Assembly: GCA_046485185.1 (NCBI GenBank)
Contig: JAWOHL010000005.1
Location: 27,605 to 91,604, forward strand
From: Candidatus Fermentibacteraceae bacterium
Lineage (GTDB): Bacteria; Fermentibacterota; Fermentibacteria; Fermentibacterales; JCC-6
Direction of reading: 5' to 3'
DNA: 64,000 nt
The notes below the pieces were generated by a model. That model worked only from the letters and a program-made list of their open reading frames with translations, did no database searches and was not told where the DNA came from. Position numbers and translations under genes: made by a program. This document shows positions 38,272-48,453 of this stretch, one piece after another. The number at the start of each line of letters is the position of its first letter. The stretch's first letter is position 1.

Positions 38272-39322
38272 GGGTTCTCGACGCGGGGAAAAGACCCTTC
38301 TGGCAGGCCAGTTCGCAGAACCTGTGGGGGGAGGCGAAGCTTCCGCCGACCGAGTAGTTCTCCATGATGCACTTGCCCATACATGAGTTCACGTGGACGC
38401 ACCGGGAACAGATTCCACGGTCGTCCTCCCGCAGGCTTTTTCGAAGCTCGGCAAGGAGGGGGGAGTTCTCCCAGATGTCCTTCAGCTTCTTCCGGGGCCA
38501 GGTTCCCATTGCGAGCTGAGGCAGGCTGTAAGCAATTCCGCAGAAAGAGACGGTACCATCCGGAAGGATTCCCAGAAGGTTGAGAACAGAGCATCTGCCC
38601 GTGGATGCGAGCCTGTTCACGGGGATGAAAGCGTGGGGCGCGTCGGGTATCACGCTGGGCGGAAACTCGCTGAAGACCCATTTCAGGAATTCCAGTGATT
38701 CCGCGATGTGATCCGGATCTGAGAAATGCGAGGCAGAACCTTTGCCCACCGGCGTGATCAGGTTGATCTTCAGGGAAGACACGCCGCTTCCTTCGAGAAA
38801 GGCCACCATGTCCGCCACAGCCTTCCTGTCGGGCCGGTTCACCGACATGATCACCTGGGGGCTGACGGCCGACTCGGAAACGAGCCTGTTGATGAAACCC
38901 ACGGTTTTGCGCCAGGAGCCTTCAACACCCCTGAACGCATCGTGAACGGCCGGCCGGCTCGAATCGAGACTGACCGACACCTGGTGCGGGGGCATCTCGG
39001 CCAGCAGACGGAAAAGATCAGGATGTGTAACGGTTCCATTGGTTTCGAAAGCCACTTCCGGAAAAATGCGGTGGGCTGTTCTGTAGAGGTCGGGAAAACG
39101 GGGATAGAGAAGCGGTTCCCCCCCGGTAAACTTCGCGAAGCGCACACCCATCTCCCCGGCTTCCCTCATGACCGCCTCCCATGAGGACACATCCATGGAC
39201 GAACCGGCGACTCCCTCGTTAACCCAGCAGTGGGCACAGTGAAGGTTGCACCCCGGATACGGGTTGAGGTAGATGTGGTTCAGTGCAGGGATCTCAGGGC
39301 TTCCACAAGGTTCCGCAAGCAC
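38264..39322 (-). CDS. radical SAM enzyme with SPASM domain
   Basis: CNLHCAHC is a CX3CX2C motif. FTGGEPLL. C-terminal Cys-rich CSRCVHVNSCMGKC segment. Confidence 0.8.
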   Translation of the reverse strand: MLAEPCGSPEIPALNHIYLNPYPGCNLHCAHCWVNEGVAGSSMDVSSWEAVMREAGEMGVRFAKFTGGEPLLYPRFPDLYRTAHRIFPEVAFETNGTVTHPDLFRLLAEMPPHQVSVSLDSSRPAVHDAFRGVEGSWRKTVGFINRLVSESAVSPQVIMSVNRPDRKAVADMVAFLEGSGVSSLKINLITPVGKGSASHFSDPDHIAESLEFLKWVFSEFPPSVIPDAPHAFIPVNRLASTGRCSVLNLLGILPDGTVSFCGIAYSLPQLAMGTWPRKKLKDIWENSPLLAELRKSLREDDRGICSRCVHVNSCMGKCIMENYSVGGSFASPHRFCELACQKGLFPASRTHG

Positions 39323-40323
39323 GAAAGCTCATCCCTTCCGGTTGTTTCCCCCCGAAGCAGGGGGTTCACCGGGCAACCGCCCGGGCAGACGTCAAGGTAC
39401 TCACACAGCTCGCAATCAGGGTTTTCTGCCCTGCGTGCAGCAAGTATCGAAAGGAACTCAGCCGTCTTTTCAGAAGCCATGACCTCGTTCAGGGTCTGGC
39501 CGGGGAGCCTTCCCAGGACGAAGCCGTCGAGGTAATCGCAGGGAATGACACTTCCGTCGGCCGCAACGGCGATCTTTCCGGTGCAGCCCCCGCAACTGAA
39601 AGCCCTGCCGCCGGTTTGCCGCGCCCTTCGGTTAAGGGTGTCCCCCGCCATCCTGGCCATGTCCGGAAGAGGGCCGAACACCCGGGGGTCTCCGAGTTCA
39701 AGCAGGTCGAGCCCTGCCTTCACAAGTCCTGCCAGATCGCCGTGAAACCCATCGGGAACCGCGCACTGGGCGGCGAGGACCGGGGTGAACTTCGCTCCGC
39801 CGACCCCCAGGTCGTTGAGCGCGAAGTCGGCTGTTTCGATGACTCTGTCATGGTTCAATCTGGTCACGGTGCAGTTGATGATCACGGGAAGACCTGCCCC
39901 GACAGCCCGCCTTATGCCCTCGACAGCCCTGCTGAAGACTCCTTTACCCCTCAGGGCATCATGGGTTGCGGCGTCGGGGCCGTCGAGCCCCGCCATGATC
40001 AGCGCAAGCCTCGGGCCGGCCCGTTTGAGCAGGGAAGCCGTTTCGGTGGTCAACAGCGTGGCATTGGTGTTCAGGGAGAACCGGAAGGGTTTTTCACTGA
40101 TCATTCCGGTAAAGTCACCGAAATCGCGCCTTGCCAGAGGCTCTCCCCCCGAGACCACAAGCTCGAGCACCTTCGCGTCCAGAAGTCTGTCGAGGATCTT
40201 CTCCCATGTGGTGAGGGGCAGGTCATCACCCGGCGGTCTGACGCCGCAATGGGTGCATGAGAGGTTGCAGCGCCCGGTGATGAGAACGGTTACACTTCTG
40301 GGAGCAAGGGTGATCTCCGTCAC
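39280..40323 (-). CDS. radical SAM enzyme with SPASM domain (PqqE/ranthipeptide-maturase-like)
   Basis: CNLSCTHC is a CX3CX2C motif. VSGGEPL. C-terminal CGGCTG...CELCEYLDVCPGGC SPASM motifs. Confidence 0.85.
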   Translation of the reverse strand: MTEITLAPRSVTVLITGRCNLSCTHCGVRPPGDDLPLTTWEKILDRLLDAKVLELVVSGGEPLARRDFGDFTGMISEKPFRFSLNTNATLLTTETASLLKRAGPRLALIMAGLDGPDAATHDALRGKGVFSRAVEGIRRAVGAGLPVIINCTVTRLNHDRVIETADFALNDLGVGGAKFTPVLAAQCAVPDGFHGDLAGLVKAGLDLLELGDPRVFGPLPDMARMAGDTLNRRARQTGGRAFSCGGCTGKIAVAADGSVIPCDYLDGFVLGRLPGQTLNEVMASEKTAEFLSILAARRAENPDCELCEYLDVCPGGCPVNPLLRGETTGRDELSCLRNLVEALRSLH

Positions 40324-40571
40324 TCAATAACCCCGTTTTGACGCAGTTGGGCCAGGAAGTCGTCCAGGTCCCGCTCGACTTCGGGCCGGTCAGGGTAGCT
40401 CTGCCTGAGGCGGGTCAGGATGTCTTCCCTGGAAGCGCGTTCGTCTATCATGGAGCAGATCGCCACGGCGACTTCCTCCACGATCTGAAGGGCGCCGCTG
40501 TTCACGTTGAAAAGAATGCCACCCTCGGGCTCCCGTCGGAAAACAACACCAGTGGCGAATGAGAGCTTCAT
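40320..40571 (-). CDS. PqqD-family RiPP recognition element (RRE) protein
   Basis: 83 aa. GGILFNVNSGALQIVEEVAVAICSMIDERASREDILTRLRQSYPD...LDDFLAQLRQNGVI follows the PqqD fold pattern. First gene of the minus-strand operon. Confidence 0.75.
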   Translation of the reverse strand: MKLSFATGVVFRREPEGGILFNVNSGALQIVEEVAVAICSMIDERASREDILTRLRQSYPDRPEVERDLDDFLAQLRQNGVIE

Positions 40572-40597
40572 TTATTTCTCCCGGTGTTGAGGAACAT

Positions 40598-40626
40598 TTG
40601 TGTTTTCCCAGCGTATTTGGTAATAT
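40598..40626 (+). promoter_or_regulatory. sigma-70-like promoter (TTGTGT-17 nt-TAATAT) upstream of the 40649 gene, in the divergent region shared with the PqqD operon
   Basis: Read directly from the sequence. 17-nt spacer and a -10 about 20 nt upstream of SD GGGAGGGACGGA. Confidence 0.4.
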
Positions 40627-40648
40627 ACCCCCAACAGGGAGGGACGGA

Positions 40649-41038
40649 ATGAGGATCTGCATCGCTCTTGCGTTTTGTGTTTCCGTTGTCGCTATGGGAT
40701 ACGGGCTTTCCGAAGGCTCGTTCAACCTGCTCAACCCGCCCGCGTTCGGGGGGCAGGGCTTCAGGAACTTTCACAGTACGGCCAGCTTCAGCCTGGTATC
40801 AGGTTCCGGGGGGTCCTGGGGGCAGGGCGCTTACGTTGGCACCATGAACTTCTCGCTGCATCCAAAGGTGACAGCTCTCGTCGACCTTGGCTACGCCCGT
40901 ACCTTCGATTTCTCGGGGGGTGGAAATTTCGGCCATCTGCTGGGCGGGGTTCAATTCCAGTGGAAACCCACTGACGGCAGCACCTTTGTTCTCCAGTACA
41001 ATGGCGCCATTCCCACAGGGCGTATCGAAGGGTTTTAG
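40649..41038 (+). CDS. small secreted Gly/aromatic-rich protein ending in C-terminal Phe (possible outer-membrane-associated)
   Basis: Signal peptide MRICIALAFCVSVVAMG. 129 aa. Beta-strand-like alternation, C-terminal ...GRIEGF. Strong SD. The ORF-track start at 40559 is an upstream extension. Confidence 0.55.
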   Translation: MRICIALAFCVSVVAMGYGLSEGSFNLLNPPAFGGQGFRNFHSTASFSLVSGSGGSWGQGAYVGTMNFSLHPKVTALVDLGYARTFDFSGGGNFGHLLGGVQFQWKPTDGSTFVLQYNGAIPTGRIEGF

Positions 41039-41109
41039 GCACGCTACCCCTGCTTCTCGCACTGGCGGTCAACACCCCCGCAGACTCGCTTTTTTCAAGG
41101 GGTGAGCTT

Positions 41110-41943
41110 TTGCGGGCTCTTCCCCTCTATGTGTCCGAATACAACGAGAATCCCCTGGACTGGTGGGCTGCCTACAGGTCCTGCTGGATACTGAACCGGC
41201 TCGACCGTCCCGATTCCGCCGTGGTCTGGGGGGGTAGAGCGCTTGATCTGCGCCCCGGCAGTTCCGCCGTTCTCGGCGAGTTCCTGAGGGCTCATTCCGC
41301 CTCGCCCGACAGTGTTCTCAAGTACGGCGATCTCGTCTCGGGAGGGGGTGTGTGCCGGTTCAGGCTGGCTCAGGCCGAACGCCGCCTGGGGCTTTCCGGT
41401 GAGCACAATGCCTACCTTCAGTCCACCCTCTCCGCCGGAAACGATTCGGTGAGGGCGGACGCGGCATGCTGGCTCAGCATGCTGCACCCCGGCCGATCCA
41501 TTGAACTCATGGAACAGGCCGTTCTTCTCGCGCCGGGTGAGGAGTTCTACCGAACTGTGCTTGCCGGTCTGTACGCGGAAGAAGGCATGCCTGAAGAAGG
41601 CTTCGATGTTCTCGCCCCCGTGGCGCCCGAGGGTTGTTACTACTGGCAGGCCGTCGCCCGTTGCCACGAAGCCGCGGGAGCGGTCGGGCAGGCGGCATCG
41701 TATTACAGAAGGGCATACCTTTCCCGGCAGAGCCCTGACTTCGCGGCTGATCTGGGCTGGTTTCTCTACCGCGCCGGACGCGACCTGGCAAGGGCTGACG
41801 ATTGTCCTGGCGCAGCGCTCTACCTCCGGGAATCGGCCGAACTCTGGCACCGTGATTCTTCATGGGCCGTCGCCTCCGACTCGCTGCTCACGAGGATAAA
41901 CGAGTTCCTGCTGCTTGAAAGTAGTTGGGAGAGAATACATTGA
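41110..41943 (+). CDS. hypothetical helical (TPR-like) protein
   Basis: 277 aa, high GC3, repeated helical hairpin pattern. An in-frame GTG at 41101 is an alternative start. The antisense 251-aa ORF is judged spurious. Confidence 0.5.
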   Translation: MRALPLYVSEYNENPLDWWAAYRSCWILNRLDRPDSAVVWGGRALDLRPGSSAVLGEFLRAHSASPDSVLKYGDLVSGGGVCRFRLAQAERRLGLSGEHNAYLQSTLSAGNDSVRADAACWLSMLHPGRSIELMEQAVLLAPGEEFYRTVLAGLYAEEGMPEEGFDVLAPVAPEGCYYWQAVARCHEAAGAVGQAASYYRRAYLSRQSPDFAADLGWFLYRAGRDLARADDCPGAALYLRESAELWHRDSSWAVASDSLLTRINEFLLLESSWERIH

Positions 41944-42254
41944 AGCAAGGTCACTTCACAAGCCTGCTTTGTTTGCTTATCTTCACTGCGGGATGCTCGG
42001 AAAGGATGCGTGACGACCTCTGGAGCCATTGCGCGTTCAGCGCTGCTGGCGCCGGGGCGTTGACAGCATCCACGGGCGACTGCCTCGAAGGCGCGGTTGT
42101 GGCCGTGGGGGTAGGCATACTGAAAGAGATTTACGATGCATTCCGAGGGTCGGGGTTCGGTTTTGACGACCTCACGGCAGACATTGCGGGCAGCATCTTC
42201 GGCGCAGTGGGCACCAGGATCGCCATGGAAGGATCATTTTGCTTGAGAAAGTAG
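41925..42254 (+). CDS. small lipoprotein with glycine-zipper-like C-terminal segment
   Basis: In-frame TTG at 41940 gives [19 protein letters not shown] (lipobox) and overlaps the upstream stop. [12 protein letters not shown] Gly-zipper-like segment. Confidence 0.4.
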   Translation: MGENTLKQGHFTSLLCLLIFTAGCSERMRDDLWSHCAFSAAGAGALTASTGDCLEGAVVAVGVGILKEIYDAFRGSGFGFDDLTADIAGSIFGAVGTRIAMEGSFCLRK

Positions 42255-45247
42255 TCAGGTTTTTCTTCGGGGACAGGCAGGCCAAGCTCATGAAGACCTT
42301 CGAAGGGCCTGTTCAAGAGGTTCTGTCTTTCGTGGAACAACAGGAGGCTCTCACCGACGACGAGCTCAGGGGCAAGACCCTTGAGTTCCGCAGACGGCTC
42401 GCCCGGGGCGAGACCCTCGACGACCTGATGTGCGAAGCTTTCGCCGTTGTGGTCCAGGCGTGCCGGAGGAACTGCGGCAGGAAGTGGATGGTCACGGACC
42501 ACGAGACAGAGTGGGGCATGATTCCCTTCAGGGTTCAGCTGAAGGGGGCAATGGTCCTGCACAGCGGGATGATAGCGGAGATGGCAACGGGTGAGGGCAA
42601 AACCCTCGTGGCGGTCATGCCCATGTACCTCAACGCCCTCGAACTGAATCCGGACTGGGTTTCACTGGCTGAGCGGGACTGCGGTGAGGACCCCGACACC
42701 TGGACGTTCGAGCCCATCGACGGCGTTCCCGTCGGCGACGGCGCCCACCTTGTAACGGTGAACGACTACCTGGCAAGGCGCGACGCGGAGTGGATGGGTC
42801 CCATTTACCGTTTCCTGGGGCTCACCGTAGGATGCATCCAGGGAGGGATGGATCCCGACCAGAGGCGTCAGCAGTACAACTCCGACATCACCTATGGCAC
42901 CAACAACGAGTTCGGTTTCGACTACCTCCGCGACAACATGGCGGTCCGTATCGAGCACAGGGTTCAGCGAAACCATCACTTCGCCATCGTTGACGAGGTC
43001 GACAGCGTTCTGATAGACGAAGCCCGCACGCCCCTTATCATCAGCGGCCCGGTTCCCAGGTCGAGGAACAGGTACAAAGAGTTCCGGGACCAGGTGGCAA
43101 GGCTGGTGAACCGTCAGACGGACATCGTGAACTCCGTGGTCTCCGATGCCGACACCCTCTGGGAAGAGGGAAAGTCCCACGATGCGGCCACCGCGTACCT
43201 GAAGGCCCGACGGGGTGCCCCCAAGAACAGAAAGCTTTCGAAGACCCTCAGAGACCCCGACAAGCTCAACGCCATCAAGCGGGTCGAGGGGGAGAGGCTT
43301 CGGGACAAGAACATCAGCGAATTGGACGAGGGGCTCTGCTTCTCCATCGACGAGAGGGAGCGGTCGGTCGCCATGTCCGACCTGGGAAGGAAGATACTCA
43401 GCCCCGAAAACCCCGACTTCTTCCTTCTCCGTGACATCGGCGATCTCATAGCCGAGATCGAGGGCCTCGAAATCTCCGAGGAGGAGAAGTTCGAGCGCCG
43501 CAAGACCCTCTACGAAGACCACTCCCAGCGCGCCGAGGCCCTTCACAACATCGATCAGCTCCTTCGGGCTTTCCAGCTCTACGAGAAGGATGTTGAGTAC
43601 GTGGTGCAGGACGGCGCCGTCCTTATCGTCGACCAGTTCACGGGCCGTCTCATGCCGGGCAGAAGGTTCAGCGACGGCCTTCACGAGGCGCTGGAAGCCA
43701 AGGAGAAGGTCGAGATCAGGTCTGAGACCCAGACCCTCGCCACCATCACCATACAGAACTACTTCAGGATGTACGGAAAGCTCTCGGGAATGACCGGCAC
43801 GGCCGAAACCGAGGCCGAGGAGTTCGCGAGCATCTACAAGCTGGAAGTGGCGGTGATACCCACCAACGTTCCCGTGATAAGGGTCGACCACAACGACCGT
43901 GTCTACAGGACGAAACGGGAAAAGTACACCGCGATTGTGGATGAGATACAAAGGCTTCATTCACGGAATCAGCCCGTTCTGGTGGGAACCGTCTCGGTCG
44001 ATGTTTCCGAGGTCCTGTCCAAGCTCCTGAAGGGCAGGAAGATCCCCCACAGTGTCCTGAACGCGAAGCATCACCAGGAGGAGGCCGACATAGTTTCCCG
44101 TGCCGGACAGCCCGGAGCGGTCACCATCGCCACCAACATGGCGGGCCGCGGTACGGACATCAAGCTGTCCCCTCACGTGAGGGAGGTGGATGACGGTACC
44201 GGCGGCAGGGAACCGGGCGGTCTTTTCGTCATAGCCTCGGAACGGCACGAGTCCCGCCGCATCGACAGACAGCTCCGCGGACGGTGCGGCAGACAGGGGG
44301 ATCCAGGCGCCAGCCGTTTTTACATGTCACTGGAGGACGACCTCTTCAGGTTGTTCGCCAGCGAAAAGATGATCGATTTCCTGAAGAAGAATCAGGAGAA
44401 GGACGGCGAACCAATCGAGCACCCTCTTCTGAACCATTCCATTCAGCAGGCCCAGAAACGGGTTGAGCAGTACAACTTCGGGATCAGGAAACACCTCCTC
44501 GAATACGACGACGTTACGAACCGTCAGCGGGAGGTGGTGTACGGCCTCCGGTTCCGCTCCCTGACCGGCGAAGGCCTTCGTGAGGAGATTCGCGACATGA
44601 TCGCCTCAGTGGTTACGGGAGAGCTGGAAGCCTCCATTCCCGGTGGTTCCGAACCCCACGAGTGGAACCTCGAAAGGGCGGCCCTGGCCCTGCGGGACCT
44701 GGCCGGCGCAGTGTTCAACTTCCAGGGGCTCGAAAAGAAACACAAGGATGCGGCGCAGCTGCGAAGCGCTTTGGCGGACATGGTGCTTTCGTACTACGAA
44801 GAGAAGGAGAAGAAACTCGGCGAGAAGCTCATCGTAGACCTTGAGAAGTGGGCTGTTCTCAGCTCGATCGACGGGCTCTGGCGCGAGCACCTCTACTCCC
44901 TCGACCATCTCAAGACCGGCATCGGCCTGCGCTCCATCGGCCAGCGCGACCCCCTGGTGGAGTTCAAGAAAGAGGCTTTCGACCTCTTCGAGGAACTTCA
45001 GGAGAGCATTGACAAACAGTCCGTAAGAAAGGTCCTGAGCCTGTGGCCCGCGGGCATGATGAAGAGAGCGGATCAACCCGTCGGGCAGGCCGTAAGGCCG
45101 GGTCTGGCCGGGTTGTCTTCAGCTCCCGTGCAGCAACCACAGGCCCCTGTCACTGTCAAGCGTGACGACCCCAAGGTTGGGAGAAACGACGACTGCCCCT
45201 GCGGAAGCGGCAAGAAATACAAGAAGTGTTGTGGAGCCCAAACATGA
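42239..45247 (+). CDS. secA: preprotein translocase ATPase SecA
   Basis: N-terminal SecA signature ([51 protein letters not shown]). C-terminal zinc finger [14 protein letters not shown]. Confidence 0.9.
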   Translation: MLEKVVRFFFGDRQAKLMKTFEGPVQEVLSFVEQQEALTDDELRGKTLEFRRRLARGETLDDLMCEAFAVVVQACRRNCGRKWMVTDHETEWGMIPFRVQLKGAMVLHSGMIAEMATGEGKTLVAVMPMYLNALELNPDWVSLAERDCGEDPDTWTFEPIDGVPVGDGAHLVTVNDYLARRDAEWMGPIYRFLGLTVGCIQGGMDPDQRRQQYNSDITYGTNNEFGFDYLRDNMAVRIEHRVQRNHHFAIVDEVDSVLIDEARTPLIISGPVPRSRNRYKEFRDQVARLVNRQTDIVNSVVSDADTLWEEGKSHDAATAYLKARRGAPKNRKLSKTLRDPDKLNAIKRVEGERLRDKNISELDEGLCFSIDERERSVAMSDLGRKILSPENPDFFLLRDIGDLIAEIEGLEISEEEKFERRKTLYEDHSQRAEALHNIDQLLRAFQLYEKDVEYVVQDGAVLIVDQFTGRLMPGRRFSDGLHEALEAKEKVEIRSETQTLATITIQNYFRMYGKLSGMTGTAETEAEEFASIYKLEVAVIPTNVPVIRVDHNDRVYRTKREKYTAIVDEIQRLHSRNQPVLVGTVSVDVSEVLSKLLKGRKIPHSVLNAKHHQEEADIVSRAGQPGAVTIATNMAGRGTDIKLSPHVREVDDGTGGREPGGLFVIASERHESRRIDRQLRGRCGRQGDPGASRFYMSLEDDLFRLFASEKMIDFLKKNQEKDGEPIEHPLLNHSIQQAQKRVEQYNFGIRKHLLEYDDVTNRQREVVYGLRFRSLTGEGLREEIRDMIASVVTGELEASIPGGSEPHEWNLERAALALRDLAGAVFNFQGLEKKHKDAAQLRSALADMVLSYYEEKEKKLGEKLIVDLEKWAVLSSIDGLWREHLYSLDHLKTGIGLRSIGQRDPLVEFKKEAFDLFEELQESIDKQSVRKVLSLWPAGMMKRADQPVGQAVRPGLAGLSSAPVQQPQAPVTVKRDDPKVGRNDDCPCGSGKKYKKCCGAQT

Positions 45248-45259
45248 AGGGAGAAAGAG

Positions 45260-45526
45260 ATGACTGAGAACAGGGGAAAAGGTGAGCTCTGGGCTTTTGT
45301 GGCCGGAGCGCTGGCGGGCGGTATAGCCGCGCTTCTTCTGGCCCCCGCCAAAGGCGAGGATACCCGGAAGAAGATAGCATCAACAGCCACTGACCTCTAC
45401 GGCAAGGGTGGACAGATCTACCATCAGGGCGTGGATAAGGCCACGGAGCTTTTCGAAGTCGGCAAGGATAAAGCCGACGAGATGAAGCACAAGGTCGAGA
45501 ACGCGGTGGAATCCCTGAAGAAGTAA
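45260..45526 (+). CDS. YtxH-like small membrane-anchored stress protein
   Basis: GELWAFVAGALAGGIAALLLAPAKGEDTRKK N-terminal pattern followed by a coiled/charged tail. 88 aa. Confidence 0.5.
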   Translation: MTENRGKGELWAFVAGALAGGIAALLLAPAKGEDTRKKIASTATDLYGKGGQIYHQGVDKATELFEVGKDKADEMKHKVENAVESLKK

Positions 45527-45550
45527 CCCCGGCTCTCCGGAACCCCTGAC

Positions 45551-46399
45551 ATGCCGGTGGTTATCGTGGGCGACGGCGCTGTGGGCAAAGGCCTGGCCGT
45601 CGCCCTGACCCTTTCCGGAGAAAGCGTGTTCCTGGCCGGCCCGGATGGCACGCGGCACCGATCAGTGACGCTCGGTGCAGACGGTTTCCTTCAGGGGCTT
45701 GTCACCGTTGAAACCGGCGTTGTTACCGAAGCTCGGCCAGGGTCGGTCATGATCTGCGCACTGAAGGCCTATTCCATCGCCGGGGCACTGGCTGGAATGA
45801 GGGCAGCCTCTCCCCGGTGCATCATCAGCGTCTCGAACGGTCTGGATCTCTGGGGCGCCGGGGGAGAGCCGCAGCCTGAACCCGCAGTCCTCACGGCAGG
45901 CTTTCTGCTTTCCGGTTCCGTTGTTCATACCTCTCCCGGCGCGATCTACGTCGGGAACGACAGTGAGGCACGGCGCCTTTTCCAGAAGTCTGCGATTCCC
46001 GTTGTTCCCGTCTGTGACATGAAGGCGGTCGTGAACGCCAAGTGGCTTGTCAACAGCATCATAAACCCTCTCGGCGCCCTGACCGGCCTGCCAAACGACC
46101 GCCTTTTGTCCGCAGGACTGAAACCCCTGCTCGACACTCTTTTCGACGAGCTTTCAAGGGTTGTCCCGGAAGACTCCCATGATCAAGCCCGTGAGATGCT
46201 GGCCGGGCTTCTCCAAAACTCGGGCAACTTCTGCAGCATGTTGCAGGACCTTCGTGCCGGAAATCCCACCGAACTCCAGTGGCTAACGGGTATTGCTGAA
46301 AAAAGGCTGCCGGGCGGGTGCCCGACAGCCCGGGTTCTTTGCGCCCTCGTGAGGGCTAAAGCCGAAGCATCCTTGCGCTCGTCGACCCTTCTTCGGTGA
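45551..46399 (+). CDS. 2-dehydropantoate 2-reductase (ketopantoate reductase) family protein
   Basis: N-terminal VVIVGDGAVG Rossmann. NSGNFCSMLQDLRAGNPTELQWLTG matches the ApbA/PanE C-terminal signature. Confidence 0.65.
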   Translation: MPVVIVGDGAVGKGLAVALTLSGESVFLAGPDGTRHRSVTLGADGFLQGLVTVETGVVTEARPGSVMICALKAYSIAGALAGMRAASPRCIISVSNGLDLWGAGGEPQPEPAVLTAGFLLSGSVVHTSPGAIYVGNDSEARRLFQKSAIPVVPVCDMKAVVNAKWLVNSIINPLGALTGLPNDRLLSAGLKPLLDTLFDELSRVVPEDSHDQAREMLAGLLQNSGNFCSMLQDLRAGNPTELQWLTGIAEKRLPGGCPTARVLCALVRAKAEASLRSSTLLR

Positions 46400-47759
46400 C
46401 TGCGTTGACCAGGTATACCCCGGCGGGCAGCCGAACCCCCACCTGAACCGCGTGCCCCGTGGTGGAACCTGACCATACGGCCCTGCCGTCAAGTGAGAAC
46501 AATGTTACCAGGGCCTCTCCCTGTCCGGGAGAAACCGTTATCGAGACCACACTGGACGAGGGGTTGGGCTGGACCGACAGCCCGGGCGAACCCGGAATCT
46601 GGTAGGCATCTTCAACCACTTCGCTGAACATTGAGTTGTCGAACCACAACTCTTCTTCGGTTGCGCTAATGTAGAACATCCCCTGTATGGAACTGAGCCC
46701 CCCGTGGCGCACCACCGCCGGGTGGTCCGTGGACGCCTGGTGCTCGTTCCGGGTTTCGAACACGATGCTGCCCGCCCCGGAGAGGTTTTGCGTGTTGCCC
46801 ACCAGTACTTCCCCGGAAGGGGAAAGCAGAGAGAACACTACGCGGACGGTTCCGGAAAATATGTCGGCGAAGGGGTAGGAACCCGGAGAGAGGGCGAAGG
46901 GAGAGCCCCATGTTGAGCCCTCGTCTTCGGAGAGAGAGAGCATCGCCATGTTCTCGGCGTTGTGCCAGACCACTCCCAGGACCTCCGCTCCGCTGTTCTC
47001 CCAGACCGGTATGGGAGCGGCGTCCGCATGCGCCGGGCTCACTACGACAGGTGTTCCGAACCCATCCTGGTCGCCCGTGACGCAGAGCACGGCCTGCTGG
47101 AAGATGTCGTACCAGGCAACGCCCGCCTTCGAACCGGGCCCGCCCGTGGCGGAAGCCCGCACCGCGTTGGCGGCCAGGGGCTGGGCCGGCGACCAGTTCA
47201 CGCCGTCGGAGCTGCTGCTGATGAACAACCAGTTGTCCTCGGTTTCCATGAGAACATGGTACACCCCCCCGCATCCCGGGTTCACCGTCGATGAGCGGAT
47301 CGCCCCCATCCCGGGGTACGAGCGGTCAACCAGGTTGAACGTGATGATGGTGAGCCCGTCGGTTGCATACTTGTAGCAGCAGACAGCCGTTTCGCCGTTG
47401 TAGAAGGCAAGGGTCACGAAGAGCAGCAGGCTCTCGCCGTTGTCGCAGAAGACAATGCGGGGAGTGCTTGCCACGTTGCCGTCTCCGGTGGTGATGAGTG
47501 CCTGGGCGGGCCATGTCTGCCCGTTGTTGAATGATTTTCGGATGATTATCCTGTCGCCTTCGGGGTTGCCGGGGCGGTACTCGACCGCGGATGCGTAAAC
47601 CGTGAAGTCCCCTCCGTATAGGCCGTCGTAGATCTGATAGCCGTTTCCCGCAGAAACCAGCCCTCCGTCGAAGCTCCAGACCAGAATGTCATTCCACCAG
47701 TCCGACTCGCAGAGAGCTACAGCCGCAGCAAGCGCCACTATTGCGATTATCTTGTGCAT
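46356..47759 (-). CDS. secreted BNR/Asp-box repeat (sialidase-like beta-propeller) protein with type IX secretion C-terminal sorting domain
   Basis: Signal peptide MHKIIAIVALAAAVALC. Asp-boxes SFNNGQTW, SSDGVNW, SEDEGSTW. C-terminal about 80 aa (...LFSLDGRAVWSG...GVYLVNAVTEEGSTSARMLRL) resembles the T9SS CTD. Confidence 0.7.
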   Translation of the reverse strand: MHKIIAIVALAAAVALCESDWWNDILVWSFDGGLVSAGNGYQIYDGLYGGDFTVYASAVEYRPGNPEGDRIIIRKSFNNGQTWPAQALITTGDGNVASTPRIVFCDNGESLLLFVTLAFYNGETAVCCYKYATDGLTIITFNLVDRSYPGMGAIRSSTVNPGCGGVYHVLMETEDNWLFISSSSDGVNWSPAQPLAANAVRASATGGPGSKAGVAWYDIFQQAVLCVTGDQDGFGTPVVVSPAHADAAPIPVWENSGAEVLGVVWHNAENMAMLSLSEDEGSTWGSPFALSPGSYPFADIFSGTVRVVFSLLSPSGEVLVGNTQNLSGAGSIVFETRNEHQASTDHPAVVRHGGLSSIQGMFYISATEEELWFDNSMFSEVVEDAYQIPGSPGLSVQPNPSSSVVSITVSPGQGEALVTLFSLDGRAVWSGSTTGHAVQVGVRLPAGVYLVNAVTEEGSTSARMLRL

Positions 47760-47846
47760 GATCAGACTCCCCCGCGTTATTGGGAACAACTCTCACCGAG
47801 TTGAATATTGACGCGGAGAGGGGTAAAGGCAAGAGGGGAGCGGTTT

Positions 47847-48365
47847 TTACTCCTCCTCCAGCTCTCCCATGTAAACATCTTTCTCAAGGATCTGCCAGGC
47901 AGGTTTCCCCGTGAGTTCACCAAGGTCTTCGAGAACATCGTGCTGGGACTGGTCGAGTATCAGGGACTGGCGGAACATCTCGATGGCTTCCTCTTCCTGT
48001 CCCTGAACGACGTACAGCCTTCCCAGAGCGTTCAGGGCCTGGGTGACCTCGGGGTCGAGTTCAACTGCCCGCTCAAGAAAGTCAATGGCCTTCTCGAGCA
48101 TCTCCTCCTCATCGTGCTCACGTCCCCACAGGTCAGTGGGGGGTATGTTCTCGAGGATGGCATGGCCCCAGGCCAGCCCCAGGCCGAGAAAGGCCTCGGC
48201 GTTCTCGGGGTCGATGGAGAGAACATCATCGTAGTAGGGGAGGGCATCGGAGGGATTGTTATCCTCCATGTACATGGCGGCGAGGCTGATCCTCGCGTCG
48301 ATGTCTTCCGGATCTGCGGCGACTGCCTTCTTCAGCCTGTCATAAAGGGCGCGGCGCTCTGTCAT
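47847..48365 (-). CDS. TPR-repeat protein
   Basis: Internal ATG (MTERRALYDRL). TPR consensus residues (W-LG-Y / A-F-A-P) recur across about 4 repeats. Confidence 0.55.
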   Translation of the reverse strand: MTERRALYDRLKKAVAADPEDIDARISLAAMYMEDNNPSDALPYYDDVLSIDPENAEAFLGLGLAWGHAILENIPPTDLWGREHDEEEMLEKAIDFLERAVELDPEVTQALNALGRLYVVQGQEEEAIEMFRQSLILDQSQHDVLEDLGELTGKPAWQILEKDVYMGELEEE

Positions 48366-48453
48366 CCCAGTGAAACCTCCGGTTAGCTGGCCTCTGAGTA
48401 TCGGCGTCAATTATACATACCCCCGGTGTCCGTCAAGCCCCCCGGGAGAACCT

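Noticed and set aside
41095-41850. 251-aa minus-strand ORF
   Set aside because: Antisense to the 277-aa helical + strand ORF, which has better composition and a repeat structure. No motifs.
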